Assembly (NCBI GenBank): GCA_031265445.1
Contig: JAISCQ010000196.1
Location: forward strand, 1,663-65,662
DNA from: Bacteroidales bacterium
GTDB lineage: Bacteria > Bacteroidota > Bacteroidia > Bacteroidales > UBA4181
Direction of reading: 5' to 3'
Length of the DNA: 64,000 nucleotides
Shown: positions 26,943-36,238 of the stretch, one piece after another
How positions within the stretch are numbered: position 1 is the stretch's first letter
How the letters are laid out: the number at the start of each line of letters is the position of its first letter
The notes under the pieces: model-generated
Told to the model about the DNA's origin: nothing
The model's database searches: none
What the model saw: only the letters and a program-made list of their open reading frames with translations
Program-made: the position numbers and the translations under genes

Positions 26943-26974
26943 AGTTTTGACTGTTAAATACTTTTAAATATTTG

Positions 26975-27005
26975 AAAAGCGCCGGCACGCTTGTCGGCGC
27001 TTTTT
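26975..27005 (+). terminator. Rho-independent terminator, potentially bidirectional (secG / cbpM)
   Basis: AAAAGCGCCG-loop-CGGCGCTTTTT: a GC stem flanked by an A-run and a T-run. Confidence 0.7.
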
Positions 27006-27106
27006 GTGACCATCTCATTGATGCGCATGCTTGATGCTTGATTCGCGCATACGTTGAGCCGATTTCGTGTGTCCCATTGTCCTCGAATAAAACATCCGTT
27101 ATTGTC

Positions 27107-27406
27107 TTATGAACGATTTTCCGATAGGACAGCCAGGCGTCTTTTCAAGAGGCGGATTTCCTCCTGCATGCTTTCCATCTGCGACAGTAAATGGCGGATG
27201 GCATCGATACCTGCCACGTTGATGGATAAATCGTAGTGCCAGCGGATATATCGTTCCAGGTCGGGCAACTGTGCCGGTTCAAGACACAGTACCCCTTCCA
27301 CCGACTGCACATCGATCAACCCTTCATCCGCCAACATTTCTACAAACGCAGCCTCAATATCGCATTTGTTGCAATACTCGCTCATAATGATTAATTCGGT
27401 TTGCAT
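27107..27406 (-). CDS. cbpM: Chaperone-modulator CbpM-like (MerR_2 HTH) protein
   Basis: 99 aa, immediately downstream of the CbpA-like gene. It shows the CbpM pattern: ...IRWHYDLSINVAGIDAIRHLLSQMESMQEEIRLLKRRL. Confidence 0.7.
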   Translation of the reverse strand: MQTELIIMSEYCNKCDIEAAFVEMLADEGLIDVQSVEGVLCLEPAQLPDLERYIRWHYDLSINVAGIDAIRHLLSQMESMQEEIRLLKRRLAVLSENRS

Positions 27407-27416
27407 GACCTTGGTA

Positions 27417-28337
27417 TTAAAGTTTGGATAATTGAGTGAACAACTCTTTTTGTTGGTCAGTCAGGCCGGTGGGAATCAAAACGTTGAATGTCACCATCAA
27501 GTCGCCGAACTGACCTTCTTTTTTATATACAGGAAAACCTTTTCCTTTGAGCCTGACCCTGGTACCGTTTTGTGTTTCGGGTTTCACCGTTACTTTTACC
27601 TTCCCGCCAAGGGTATCCACCGTCTGCGCCCCGCCGAGCACGGCCGTGTACAGGCTGAGAGGCTCCGTAACATACAGGTCGTCGCCCAGCCGCTTGAAGA
27701 CCATATCTTCGGCAATTCGGAAAGTGATGTACATGTCGCCGGCATGTCCGCCATTAGCGCCAAGTCCGCCCTGCCCGGCAAGCTTGATCGTTTGTCCGTC
27801 GGCAATACCTGCCGGTACGGTGATCCGTATTTTCCTGCCGTTCACATCCAGCGTCTGCTTGTGCGTTTGCGCAGCATCGCGCAGGGCAAGGTGTAATTCG
27901 GCATGGATGTCCTGCCCCCGGAACCCGTTGCTGCGACTGCCTCTTCTGTCGCCGCCCGGTCCGCCGAAAAGCGATTCGAAGAAATCCGAAAACTCCCCGG
28001 AGCCGCCTCTAAAGTTCGAAAAGTCGGCCGATGACCAAAAATCGCCGCCCGCGCCTCCTGTTCCACCATTCGGCGACTGCTGTTGCCGCCGCGCCTCTTC
28101 GTACTGGTCGGCATGCTGCCAGTGTTCGCCGTACTGGTCGTACTTTTTACGTTTTTCAGGATTGCTCAACACTTCGTTGGCTTCGTTGATCGCCTGGAAT
28201 TTCTTATGTGCCTCGGGATCGTTGGGGTTCATGTCCGGGTGATGCTTCCGGGCCAACTTCCGGTATGCTTTCTTGATGTCGGTCTCAGATGCATTTTTGT
28301 CGACGCCAAGTATCTGGTAATAATCAATAAAGGCCAT
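27417..28337 (-). CDS. cbpA: DnaJ-class co-chaperone, CbpA-like
   Basis: J-domain [33 protein letters not shown], a G-rich linker, DnaJ C-terminal domains, and no zinc-finger CxxCxGxG repeats. Confidence 0.85.
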   Translation of the reverse strand: MAFIDYYQILGVDKNASETDIKKAYRKLARKHHPDMNPNDPEAHKKFQAINEANEVLSNPEKRKKYDQYGEHWQHADQYEEARRQQQSPNGGTGGAGGDFWSSADFSNFRGGSGEFSDFFESLFGGPGGDRRGSRSNGFRGQDIHAELHLALRDAAQTHKQTLDVNGRKIRITVPAGIADGQTIKLAGQGGLGANGGHAGDMYITFRIAEDMVFKRLGDDLYVTEPLSLYTAVLGGAQTVDTLGGKVKVTVKPETQNGTRVRLKGKGFPVYKKEGQFGDLMVTFNVLIPTGLTDQQKELFTQLSKL

Positions 28338-28530
28338 ATCTGGATGGATTCAATGGTTTGCGGGCAAGCGTTTGCGCCATTGCAGGCCGTCACATACCCG
28401 ATGATGCACAAATATAGATCATATAAACGTGATAAGAAAATAAAAGGCGAGTGTTTCTTTGCATCATTGCGGCACTTAGCAAACTGATTGCAGTTACGGC
28501 TTTGTATGTCAGGGATATGATGATGAACGA

Positions 28531-28911
28531 TCAACCGGCATTTACCAACGCCGATTCTTCCTGTAGACTGGAAGTTCCTGTTTTTCCCAAATTTCCAAAA
28601 ATCATTTTCTGAAACTCCAGCCTTAATGCAGTCGAGACTTTTGAATCATCAGTTTGCATCAGTTCCTTAGCCAGCGCGTTCAACTTAGCTTGCTCACCAT
28701 TGGCTTCGTACAGCCTCATGAGAAGGAAGCGCGGATAAATGTTACTTGGCATCGCATCTATAACTTTTTTGAACGACGCTTCCGCCTTATCGTATTCCTT
28801 CACCTGCTGATACAGCAATCCCAATTCGAGGTTTGTCAGCGAGGTTTGCCCATGCAACATGCCGGCCTTGAGAAATTTGATCTTACGTCTTATTTTTCCT
28901 TGCGGACTCAT
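28531..28911 (-). CDS. Small hypothetical protein with a TPR-like motif
   Basis: 126-aa ORF containing LGLLYQQVKEYDKAEASFKKVIDAMPSN. Weak support. Confidence 0.4.
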   Translation of the reverse strand: MSPQGKIRRKIKFLKAGMLHGQTSLTNLELGLLYQQVKEYDKAEASFKKVIDAMPSNIYPRFLLMRLYEANGEQAKLNALAKELMQTDDSKVSTALRLEFQKMIFGNLGKTGTSSLQEESALVNAG

Positions 28912-29240
28912 AAATTTTAATTTTATGATAAATATGATATTTCTGACACTGCAAAATTATATAAAAACAACAAAAATACAATTCGATGCTATATGTATAT
29001 AATACCGAATTTTGTTAAAATGTTCATTTGCACTTCACAAACGTTGTATCAGTTGTGGTTTCGATCCTGTCAGCAGTTTCGCAGCCTGACACACTGATTC
29101 AGCATCAAATGGAACTTATCCTGCACATATTTTAACGCTGCTTTTTGTTGACTTACACAAATATTATGAATATTTACGAAAAAACCATAACCAATTCGCA
29201 AAAAAAACGTATTATATCATAACCAATAAAGGAGCCGAAG

Positions 29241-30377
29241 ATGAAAACTTATTTCGCATCTCCCGAACGCAACAGCGGGGAGATTATCCAAAAGGAACAT
29301 TTAATAGTAGACAAAGTTGCTTACGCTCGCCAAATCATGGATGCGATGCCATGTTTGAGCGTTATACTCGACAAAGCCCGGCAAATTATTTATGCCAATG
29401 ATGCGTTGATCTCATTGCTGGGTATTGATGGGATGGATAAGGCGCTCGGTCTTCGTCCCGGCGAGTTGGTATCGTGCATCCATTCGTGCACGATGCCGGG
29501 GGGATGCGGTACAGCGGAAGCATGCAGACATTGCGGCGCTGTAAACACGATCGTTAAATGTATGCAGACACATGAAAAGGAGTCGAGCGAATGTCGGATT
29601 ACATCAGCGATAGGCCTGGAACAGTTAGTTTCGTTTGAGTTTAAGATTACCTGTACCCCGTTTGATCTTGCTGATGACAGGTTCGTGATCATGACCCTGA
29701 CGGATATCAGTGGAGAAAAACGGCGGAAGTTGCTGGAGACGACTTTTCTGCACGACCTGTCAAATCAGACCAACAACCTGAACGGTTTGACCTATATGAT
29801 ACAGAAAGCCGATGCAACAGGCCGGTTGGGCCAGCTAACCAACATCCTGAGCACTGTAAGCAGTACCATCAATGACGAGATAATTTCATACAAGCAGTTG
29901 ATTTCAGCCGAAAATAATGCGCTCCCGGTGAACAACTCCGAGGTGAAAGCCGGCGATATTATCGAAATGGTGGTACAGTCGGTTTTATTTAACGAGGTAT
30001 CTGTGGCCAAGGATATTATACAGGATTTCCCGAAAACGAACGTAACTCTGGATACGGATGCAACTCTGCTGCAACGGGTTTTGCTCAATATGTTGAAAAA
30101 TGCCCTCGAAGCATCGGCCCCAGGCGAGACGGTACGGATAGGCTACGCGTTGCAGGACGATCAAACGGTTACTTTTTACGTGAACAACAACAGTGTGATG
30201 CCCGATCATGTGAAATCCCAAGTCTTCCAGCGTTCGTTCTCCACCAAGGGCGAAGGGCGCGGCATAGGAACTTACAGTATGAAACTCCTGGGCGAACGTT
30301 ACTTGAAAGGTCATGTGGGTTTCGAGAGCATCCCCGGAAAAGGAACACGATTTTATCTCATCTTAAAACACTTGTAA
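29241..30377 (+). CDS. Cytoplasmic orphan sensor histidine kinase with a Cys-rich PAS-like N-terminal domain
   Basis: 378 aa with no TM segment. It has the Cys cluster VSCIHSCTMPGGCGTAEACRHCGAV, the H-box-like TFLHDLSNQTNNL, and HATPase_c boxes LLNMLKNALEA, FSTKGEGRGIGTYSMKLL and GKGTRFYLIL. Confidence 0.8.
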   Translation: MKTYFASPERNSGEIIQKEHLIVDKVAYARQIMDAMPCLSVILDKARQIIYANDALISLLGIDGMDKALGLRPGELVSCIHSCTMPGGCGTAEACRHCGAVNTIVKCMQTHEKESSECRITSAIGLEQLVSFEFKITCTPFDLADDRFVIMTLTDISGEKRRKLLETTFLHDLSNQTNNLNGLTYMIQKADATGRLGQLTNILSTVSSTINDEIISYKQLISAENNALPVNNSEVKAGDIIEMVVQSVLFNEVSVAKDIIQDFPKTNVTLDTDATLLQRVLLNMLKNALEASAPGETVRIGYALQDDQTVTFYVNNNSVMPDHVKSQVFQRSFSTKGEGRGIGTYSMKLLGERYLKGHVGFESIPGKGTRFYLILKHL

Positions 30378-30592
30378 CATCCGTTTCAACCTCGTCAGTA
30401 CTCTTGATCCGATACCGGTAATTTTCAACTATTTACAATGACGTGGCTTTCGGGAGAAGGCAAGCCATTGATGAACCCCGTACAAGCGCGTTTGGCAGTG
30501 TATGAATTGCAATTTGCAAACGCATCATAACCAGTGAAATACGAAATAGTTTTATTTTTTTTCGTAAATTCTCAAAAAAATTTTCAAAACTT

Positions 30593-30623
30593 ATTGTGAA
30601 TAAAAAAAAACTACATACCTTTG
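30593..30623 (+). promoter_or_regulatory. Bacteroidetes-type promoter for the tRNA-tuf operon (-33 ATTG, -7 TACCTTTG)
   Basis: TACCTTTG at 30616..30623 matches TAnnTTTG. TTG at 30594..30596 lies 19 nt upstream. The first tRNA starts at 30666. Confidence 0.55.
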
Positions 30624-30665
30624 CGGACTCGTTTTTGAAAGCTTTTCATCGACGAAATGAGCAGC

Positions 30666-30739
30666 GCCGATGTAGCTCAGTTGGCCAGAGCAGCTGATTT
30701 GTAATCAGCTGGTCGGGGGTTCGAATCCCTCCATCGGCT
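30666..30739 (+). tRNA. tRNA-Thr (anticodon TGT)
   Basis: Manual cloverleaf: acceptor GCCGATG/CATCGGC, anticodon arm GCTGA-TTTGTAA-TCAGC, T arm GGGGG-TTCGAAT-CCCTC. Confidence 0.9.
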
Positions 30740-30907
30740 CAAAAACATTTTTGATTTTTGATGGATCACATGATAATCACCAGTGAATCGAAAATCAAAA
30801 ATAGAAGTTCTTTACTTGTTGTACCGGTTTTTGAAATCAATAGCAATTTTTGACAGATCATTTTTGATGCCTTGTTGTAATCGGCATCAAAAATCAAAAA
30901 TAATCTC

Positions 30908-30990
30908 GGGGAGATTCCAGAGCGGCCAAATGGGGCAGACTGTAAATCTGTTGTCTTACGACTTCGGAGGTTCGAATCCTCCTCTCCCCA
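30908..30990 (+). tRNA. tRNA-Tyr (anticodon GTA), long variable arm
   Basis: Acceptor GGGGAGA/TCTCCCC, anticodon loop CTGTAAA, T loop TTCGAAT. Confidence 0.9.
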
Positions 30991-31015
30991 CAACGATTTC
31001 GAAAACGCATTACAA

Positions 31016-31088
31016 GCGGGAGTAGCTCAGTTGGTAGAGCATGACCCTTCCAAGGTCAGGGTCGCGGGTTCGAGCCTCGTCTCCCGCT
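31016..31088 (+). tRNA. tRNA-Gly (anticodon TCC)
   Basis: Acceptor GCGGGAG/CTCCCGC, anticodon loop CTTCCAA, T loop TTCGAGC. Confidence 0.9.
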
Positions 31089-31098
31089 CTGTTTCACT

Positions 31099-31170
31099 GC
31101 CGATGTAGCTCAGAGGTAGAGCACTTCCTTGGTAAGGAAGGGGTCATGGGTTCAATTCCCATCATTGGCT
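31099..31170 (+). tRNA. tRNA-Thr (anticodon GGT)
   Basis: Acceptor GCCGATG/CATTGGC (one G-U pair), anticodon arm CTTCC-TTGGTAA-GGAAG, T loop TTCAATT. Confidence 0.9.
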
Positions 31171-31255
31171 CTTAGGCAGAGAAGTGTTGTATTGTAGTAA
31201 TTTTTTTTAGAATACAAATATCATCTTAAAAACCTATTTTTAATTTATTATAATC

Positions 31256-32443
31256 ATGGCAAAAGAAAAATTTGACAGGTCCAAACCGCATGTAAATATT
31301 GGAACCATTGGTCACGTTGACCACGGTAAGACTACGCTTACCGCCGCAATCACTACTGTATTAGCTTCAAAAGGGCTATCCGAAATACGCTCTTTCGACT
31401 CAATCGACAATGCCCCCGAAGAAAAAGAAAGGGGGATCACCATCAATACAGCGCACGTTGAATACCAGACCGCATCGCGCCACTATGCGCACGTTGACTG
31501 TCCGGGTCACGCCGACTATGTGAAGAACATGGTTACCGGCGCCGCTCAGATGGACGGTGCTATCATCGTGGTTGCCGCAACCGACGGCCCGATGCCTCAA
31601 ACCCGCGAGCACATTCTGTTGGCTCGCCAGGTAAACGTTCCGAAAATCGTTGTTTTCATGAACAAAGTTGACCTGGTTGACGATGAAGAAATGCTTGATC
31701 TGGTTGAAATGGAAATGCGCGAATTGTTGAGTTTCTACGAATATGACGGCGACAATGTACCCGTAATTCGTGGTTCCGCTCTTGGAGGTTTGAATGCTGA
31801 ACCCCAATGGGTTGAAAAAATCATGGAACTGATGGATGCTGTCGACACCTACATTCCTATTCCTCCGCGCGAAAACGAAAAACCGTTCCTGATGCCTGTT
31901 GAAGACGTATTCTCGATTACCGGTCGTGGTACTGTTGCCACGGGTCGTATCGAAACCGGCATTGTGAACACCGGCGAGGAAGTGGAAATCGTTGGTTTGG
32001 GCGCCGAAAAACTGAAATCGGTTGTAACGGGTGTTGAAATGTTCCGTAAGATCCTCGACCGCGGTGAAGCCGGTGACAACGTCGGTCTGTTGCTCCGAGG
32101 CATCGACAAGAAGGAAATCAAGCGCGGTCAGGTTATTGCCAAACCGGGTTCAATCACTCCGCATACCAAATTCAAAGCTGAAGTTTACGTGTTGAAGAAA
32201 GAAGAAGGTGGTCGCCACACTCCTTTCCACAACAAATACCGTCCGCAATTCTACCTCCGCACCCTTGACGTAACGGGTGAAATCACCCTGCTCGAAGGTC
32301 GCGAAATGGTAATGCCCGGCGATAACGTAACCATCACCGTTGAACTGATCTATCCCGTAGCGATCAACCAGGGTCTTCGTTTCGCTATCCGCGAAGGCGG
32401 CCGTACGGTTGGCGCAGGACAGGTTATCGAAATCATTGAATAA
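31256..32443 (+). CDS. tuf: Elongation factor Tu
   Basis: 395 aa: [33 protein letters not shown]..., [14 protein letters not shown]. Confidence 0.98.
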   Translation: MAKEKFDRSKPHVNIGTIGHVDHGKTTLTAAITTVLASKGLSEIRSFDSIDNAPEEKERGITINTAHVEYQTASRHYAHVDCPGHADYVKNMVTGAAQMDGAIIVVAATDGPMPQTREHILLARQVNVPKIVVFMNKVDLVDDEEMLDLVEMEMRELLSFYEYDGDNVPVIRGSALGGLNAEPQWVEKIMELMDAVDTYIPIPPRENEKPFLMPVEDVFSITGRGTVATGRIETGIVNTGEEVEIVGLGAEKLKSVVTGVEMFRKILDRGEAGDNVGLLLRGIDKKEIKRGQVIAKPGSITPHTKFKAEVYVLKKEEGGRHTPFHNKYRPQFYLRTLDVTGEITLLEGREMVMPGDNVTITVELIYPVAINQGLRFAIREGGRTVGAGQVIEIIE

Positions 32444-32472
32444 ATCATATTCAATAATTCCGGAATTCAAAC

Positions 32473-32520
32473 ATTCAAGGTTGCGCATCACGCAGGAAAA
32501 TGCATCACGCAACCTTGAAT
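32473..32520 (+). terminator. Strong hairpin with a 13-bp stem downstream of tuf (terminator or processing structure; no clear T-run)
   Basis: ATTCAAGGTTGCG (32473..32485) pairs with CGCAACCTTGAAT (32508..32520). Confidence 0.5.
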
Positions 32521-32551
32521 TGTCTTCCACAAACACCAAAGATCTGCCGAG

Positions 32552-32797
32552 ATGTTGCAGAAAGGATTTTTGAAACCACTGGAAAAAGGAAACACCCGGA
32601 CGGTAAAAACAAGCCGGACGTTTCTCTTTGCAGGAGTAATCATCATGTTATCCGCACTGGTTTACATGATGATGAACATGCAGCGGGCCGACCGGATACT
32701 GAGTGTATGGCAACCTGTGATGATTGCCGGGATTTGTTCGGTATTTATCAGCCTGTGGATGAATTTCTTTTTGCAAAACAAAAACAGGCGTCGATAA
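32552..32797 (+). CDS. Possible small membrane protein with two TM segments
   Basis: 81-aa ORF with two hydrophobic segments (FLFAGVIIMLSALVYMMM and VMIAGICSVFISLWMNFFL) and basic termini. It fills the tuf to tRNA-Trp gap. No recognisable family. Confidence 0.35.
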   Translation: MLQKGFLKPLEKGNTRTVKTSRTFLFAGVIIMLSALVYMMMNMQRADRILSVWQPVMIAGICSVFISLWMNFFLQNKNRRR

Positions 32798-32830
32798 ATT
32801 CAATCGGTTGAATCTTGAATAAAATTGATT

Positions 32831-32901
32831 AGGAGTGTAGTTCAAGGGCAGAATAGCGGTCTCCAAAACCGTTGATGGGAGTTCGAATCTCTCCACTCCT
32901 G
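32831..32901 (+). tRNA. tRNA-Trp (anticodon CCA)
   Basis: Acceptor AGGAGTG/CACTCCT, anticodon loop CTCCAAA, T loop TTCGAAT. Confidence 0.9.
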
Positions 32902-32918
32902 CTAAAGTCGTCAGAAAA

Positions 32919-33113
32919 ATGAGTAATAAAGTAACCAATTACCTGCAAGACACCTACAATGAACTTGTACACAAGGTAAGCTGGCCATCATGGGCCGACC
33001 TCCAAAGCAGTTCGATTGTAGTAATGATAGCATCCCTGATTATCGCCCTTGTCGTGTTCGCCATGGACTTCAGTTTTCAACACTTGTTCCAATTCCTTTA
33101 CGAGATTTTCTAA
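32919..33113 (+). CDS. secE: Preprotein translocase subunit SecE
   Basis: 64 aa with a single TM segment and the motif EL.KV.WPS, in the conserved position before nusG. Confidence 0.85.
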   Translation: MSNKVTNYLQDTYNELVHKVSWPSWADLQSSSIVVMIASLIIALVVFAMDFSFQHLFQFLYEIF

Positions 33114-33134
33114 TTTTTTGTCAGACAGAACAAA

Positions 33135-33701
33135 ATGAGCGAATCAGCAAAAAAATGGTATGTTCTACGTACCGTAGGAGGTAAGGAAAAGAGAGCCAAG
33201 GAATACATCGAAAGCGAAGTAGCCGCAATGGGCTGGAATAACCATGTGTCGCAGGTGCTCATCCCCACCGAAAAGGTATATCAAATCAAGAGCGGGAGGA
33301 AAGTAAGCAAAGAGCGTACGTTCTTTCCCGGTTACATCATGATCGAAGCCGAACTGCAGGGCGAAATGATACACATGCTGCGCAACGTACCGGGTGTATC
33401 GGGCTTTTTAGAAGACGAACGGGTAGTAGACGGCATACGCAAGAAGGTTCCCGTTCCCCTGCGCCAGTCCGAAGTAAACCGGATACTGGGCAAGGTGGAC
33501 GAATTGGCTGCCAGCGACGAAGAACTCGAAGTTGCATTTTACGTAGGCGAAGTAGTGAAGGTTATTGACGGGCCTTTCAACAGTTTCTCCGGAATCATTG
33601 AAGAGGTGAACAATGACCAAAAGAAACTCAAAGTCATGGTGAAGATCTTTGGTCGTCAAACACCCCTCGAACTGAACTTTACGCAGGTCGAGAAAATTTA
33701 G
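33135..33701 (+). CDS. nusG: Transcription termination/antitermination factor NusG
   Basis: 188 aa: KWYVLRTVGGKEKRAKEYIE (NGN domain) and a C-terminal KOW (GEVVKVIDGPFNSFSGIIEEV). Confidence 0.95.
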   Translation: MSESAKKWYVLRTVGGKEKRAKEYIESEVAAMGWNNHVSQVLIPTEKVYQIKSGRKVSKERTFFPGYIMIEAELQGEMIHMLRNVPGVSGFLEDERVVDGIRKKVPVPLRQSEVNRILGKVDELAASDEELEVAFYVGEVVKVIDGPFNSFSGIIEEVNNDQKKLKVMVKIFGRQTPLELNFTQVEKI

Positions 33702-33793
33702 AATGTTACGTACCTTAAACAGGACAAGCGAATAAGCTTCCAAATGATTTGTTTGTTCCATTAATCATCTTAAGTAATAATTATAAACAAAAA

Positions 33794-34237
33794 ATGGCAA
33801 AAGAAGTTGCTGCATTAATCAAATTGCAGATTAAGGGCGGAGCTGCCAATCCATCACCTCCGGTAGGGCCTGCATTGGGGTCGAAAGGCGTGAATATCAT
33901 GGATTTTTGCAAACAGTTTAACGCTCGTACGCAAACGATGGCGGGCAAAGTGATCCCTGTAGTGATTACGGTTTATGCCGACAAATCATTCGATTTCATC
34001 ACCAAGACGCCTCCCGTAGCCGTTCAACTCGTAGAAGCCTCAAAAGTAAAATCAGGTTCCGCCGAACCCAACCGTAAAAAAGTAGGTTCGGTGACATGGG
34101 ACGTGGTTGAAACTATTGCCAAGGACAAAATGCAGGATTTGAATGCATTTACCCTTGAAAAGGCGATGAGTATGGTTGCCGGAACCGCGAGAAGCATGGG
34201 AATCACCGTAACAGGCGAATCCCCGTTCACCAAATAA
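33794..34237 (+). CDS. rplK: 50S ribosomal protein L11
   Basis: Track ORF 33749..34237, trimmed to ATG 33794: [29 protein letters not shown]. Confidence 0.95.
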   Translation: MAKEVAALIKLQIKGGAANPSPPVGPALGSKGVNIMDFCKQFNARTQTMAGKVIPVVITVYADKSFDFITKTPPVAVQLVEASKVKSGSAEPNRKKVGSVTWDVVETIAKDKMQDLNAFTLEKAMSMVAGTARSMGITVTGESPFTK

Positions 34238-34255
34238 TTAAAGTTGACAGAAAAA

Positions 34256-34951
34256 ATGGCAAGACTTACAAAAAACAGGAAGTCGGTTTTAGAAAAGATT
34301 GACCCTGCCAAGGCATACCAACTGTCCGAAGCTGCCGCATTATTGAAAGACATCACCACAACGAAGTTCGACTCGTCGGTGAACATTGACGTCCGCCTGG
34401 GCGTTGACCCCCGCAAATCGAACCAGATGGTACGTGGCGTCGTATCGTTGCCCCACGGCACCGGTAAGGAAGTCCGCGTATTGGTCCTCTGTACCCCCGA
34501 CAAGGAAGCCGAAGCTCAAGAAGCCGGAGCTGACCACGTGGGCCTGGACGAATATGTCGAAAAAATCAAAGGCGGCTGGACAGATGTTGATGTCATCATC
34601 ACCATGCCTTCCGTAATGGGAAAAATCGGCGCACTGGGACGTATCCTCGGCCCCCGCGGCCTGATGCCTAACCCCAAGAGCGGCACCGTAACCATGGAAA
34701 TAGGCAAGGCTGTGACCGAAGTAAAACAGGGCAAGATCGATTTCAAGGTCGACAAGTTTGGTATCGTACATACATCGATTGGTAAAGTATCCTTTACACC
34801 CGACAAGATTATTGACAATGCAAAGGAATTCCTCAGCACGGTCAACAAACTGAAACCGTCGGCTGCCAAGGGCACTTATGTGAAGAGTATTTACCTCTCT
34901 ACCACTATGAGCCCCGGTTTGAAAGTGGACACCAAATCAGTAGAAGAGTAA
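34256..34951 (+). CDS. rplA: 50S ribosomal protein L1
   Basis: Track ORF 34244..34951 (TTG start), trimmed to ATG 34256: [16 protein letters not shown]...; [13 protein letters not shown]. Confidence 0.95.
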   Translation: MARLTKNRKSVLEKIDPAKAYQLSEAAALLKDITTTKFDSSVNIDVRLGVDPRKSNQMVRGVVSLPHGTGKEVRVLVLCTPDKEAEAQEAGADHVGLDEYVEKIKGGWTDVDVIITMPSVMGKIGALGRILGPRGLMPNPKSGTVTMEIGKAVTEVKQGKIDFKVDKFGIVHTSIGKVSFTPDKIIDNAKEFLSTVNKLKPSAAKGTYVKSIYLSTTMSPGLKVDTKSVEE

Positions 34952-34983
34952 ACTGTTAAACCAAAACCATACGAAAAGTAATC

Positions 34984-35508
34984 ATGCGTAAAGAAGAAAA
35001 AGGACAGATTATTGATAGCCTGGTAGAAGAGATTAACAGTTATCCTCACATCTACATTACAGACACATCAGGCCTGAATGCAGCTAATACCAGCGCGTTA
35101 CGCCGTCTGTGCTTCGAAAAAGGCATCAAATTGGTAGTTGCCAAAAACACCCTTTTGAAGAAAGCCCTCGAACGTACCGGCGGCAATTACGAGGACCTCT
35201 ACGGGTCGTTAAAGACCCCCACTGCTGTGATGTTCTCAACCGAGGCCAGCACACCCGCCAAGCTCATCAAGGAATTCCGCAAGAAAAATAACCTCGAACG
35301 CCCTGCTCTCAAAGCCGCTTACGTGGAAGAGCTGGTATACGAAGGCGCGGAAATGCTCGATGTACTGGTAGCTATCAAGTCAAAGAACGAACTCATCGGC
35401 GACGTTATTGCATTGCTGCAATCGCCGGCTAAGAACGTTATTTCGGCGCTTCAATCCGGTAAGCATCTCCTGGCCGGTTTGGTGAAAACATTATCGGAGA
35501 AAGAATAA
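34984..35508 (+). CDS. rplJ: 50S ribosomal protein L10
   Basis: 174 aa, in the conserved position between rplA and rplL, with an L10-like sequence. Confidence 0.9.
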   Translation: MRKEEKGQIIDSLVEEINSYPHIYITDTSGLNAANTSALRRLCFEKGIKLVVAKNTLLKKALERTGGNYEDLYGSLKTPTAVMFSTEASTPAKLIKEFRKKNNLERPALKAAYVEELVYEGAEMLDVLVAIKSKNELIGDVIALLQSPAKNVISALQSGKHLLAGLVKTLSEKE

Positions 35509-35543
35509 CAAAGTAAATTCAAATTGATTAAATCATAACAAAA

Positions 35544-35915
35544 ATGGCAGACATTAAAGCGTTAGCAGAACAATTAGTAAACTTGACCGTTAAAGAAGTA
35601 AACGAGTTAGCGCAAGTGCTTAAAGACGAGTATGGTATCGAACCCGCAGCCGCAGCAGTTGCTGTAGCAGCTCCTGTAGCCGATGCTCCCGCAGTAGTCG
35701 AAAAATCAACTTTCGACGTGGTTTTGAAAGCGCCCGGCGGTGCTAAACTGCAAATCGTGAAACTGGTGAAAGAACTCACCGGCCTCGGTTTGAAGGAAGC
35801 CAAAGAATTGGTGGACGCTGCTCCGAAACCGGTCAAGGAAGGTTGCTCGAAAGAAGAAGCCGAATCTCTCAAAGCTCAATTAGAAGAAGCTGGAGCGGAA
35901 GTTGAACTTAAATAA
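35544..35915 (+). CDS. rplL: 50S ribosomal protein L7/L12
   Basis: 123 aa: an Ala-rich hinge and a C-terminus [41 protein letters not shown]. Confidence 0.97.
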   Translation: MADIKALAEQLVNLTVKEVNELAQVLKDEYGIEPAAAAVAVAAPVADAPAVVEKSTFDVVLKAPGGAKLQIVKLVKELTGLGLKEAKELVDAAPKPVKEGCSKEEAESLKAQLEEAGAEVELK

Positions 35916-35944
35916 ACCAACATACCGCTAAGGTATTTTTCAGG

Positions 35945-35990
35945 TTTAGGAAGCCATTCGGACCATCCAGCTTCCTAAGCCTTTTGTTGT
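35945..35990 (+). terminator. Hairpin plus T-rich tract between rplL and rpoB (attenuator-like)
   Basis: TTAGGAAGC-15 nt-GCTTCCTAA followed by GCCTTTTGTTGTT. Further hairpins (AAGGCC-AAC-GGCCTT; CAAAGCCC-TTGAG-GGGCTTTG) lie in the 323-bp rpoB leader. Confidence 0.55.
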
Positions 35991-36238
35991 TATTTCACTT
36001 GTGAAATTGTTCTTTGAATTTTTGTTGTACTAAACCGTTATCAAAATCAATCAATCTCAATCAGATTGATTTGCAGGATTTAAGGCCAACGGCCTTGAAG
36101 CATGAGCGTAGAGCAAAGCCCTGCGAAGCAATGGATCGTGCATCGCAAAGCCCTTGAGGGGCTTTGTCCTTAGCGATTAGTATCATTTCAAAAATATCTT
36201 CATCAAGTAGTTACAGTTCAATTTTAATCATCCCACCA

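Noticed and set aside
28338-28530. Small ORFs 28083..28487 (+) and 28229..28534 (-) between cbpA and the TPR-like gene
   Set aside because: They overlap each other and the cbpA 5' end, have no motifs, and show poor coding character.
36164-36238. A 25-codon N-terminal extension of rpoB (and the TTG/upstream starts of rplK, rplA and rpoC)
   Set aside because: Conserved N-termini begin at the internal ATGs ([36 protein letters not shown]).
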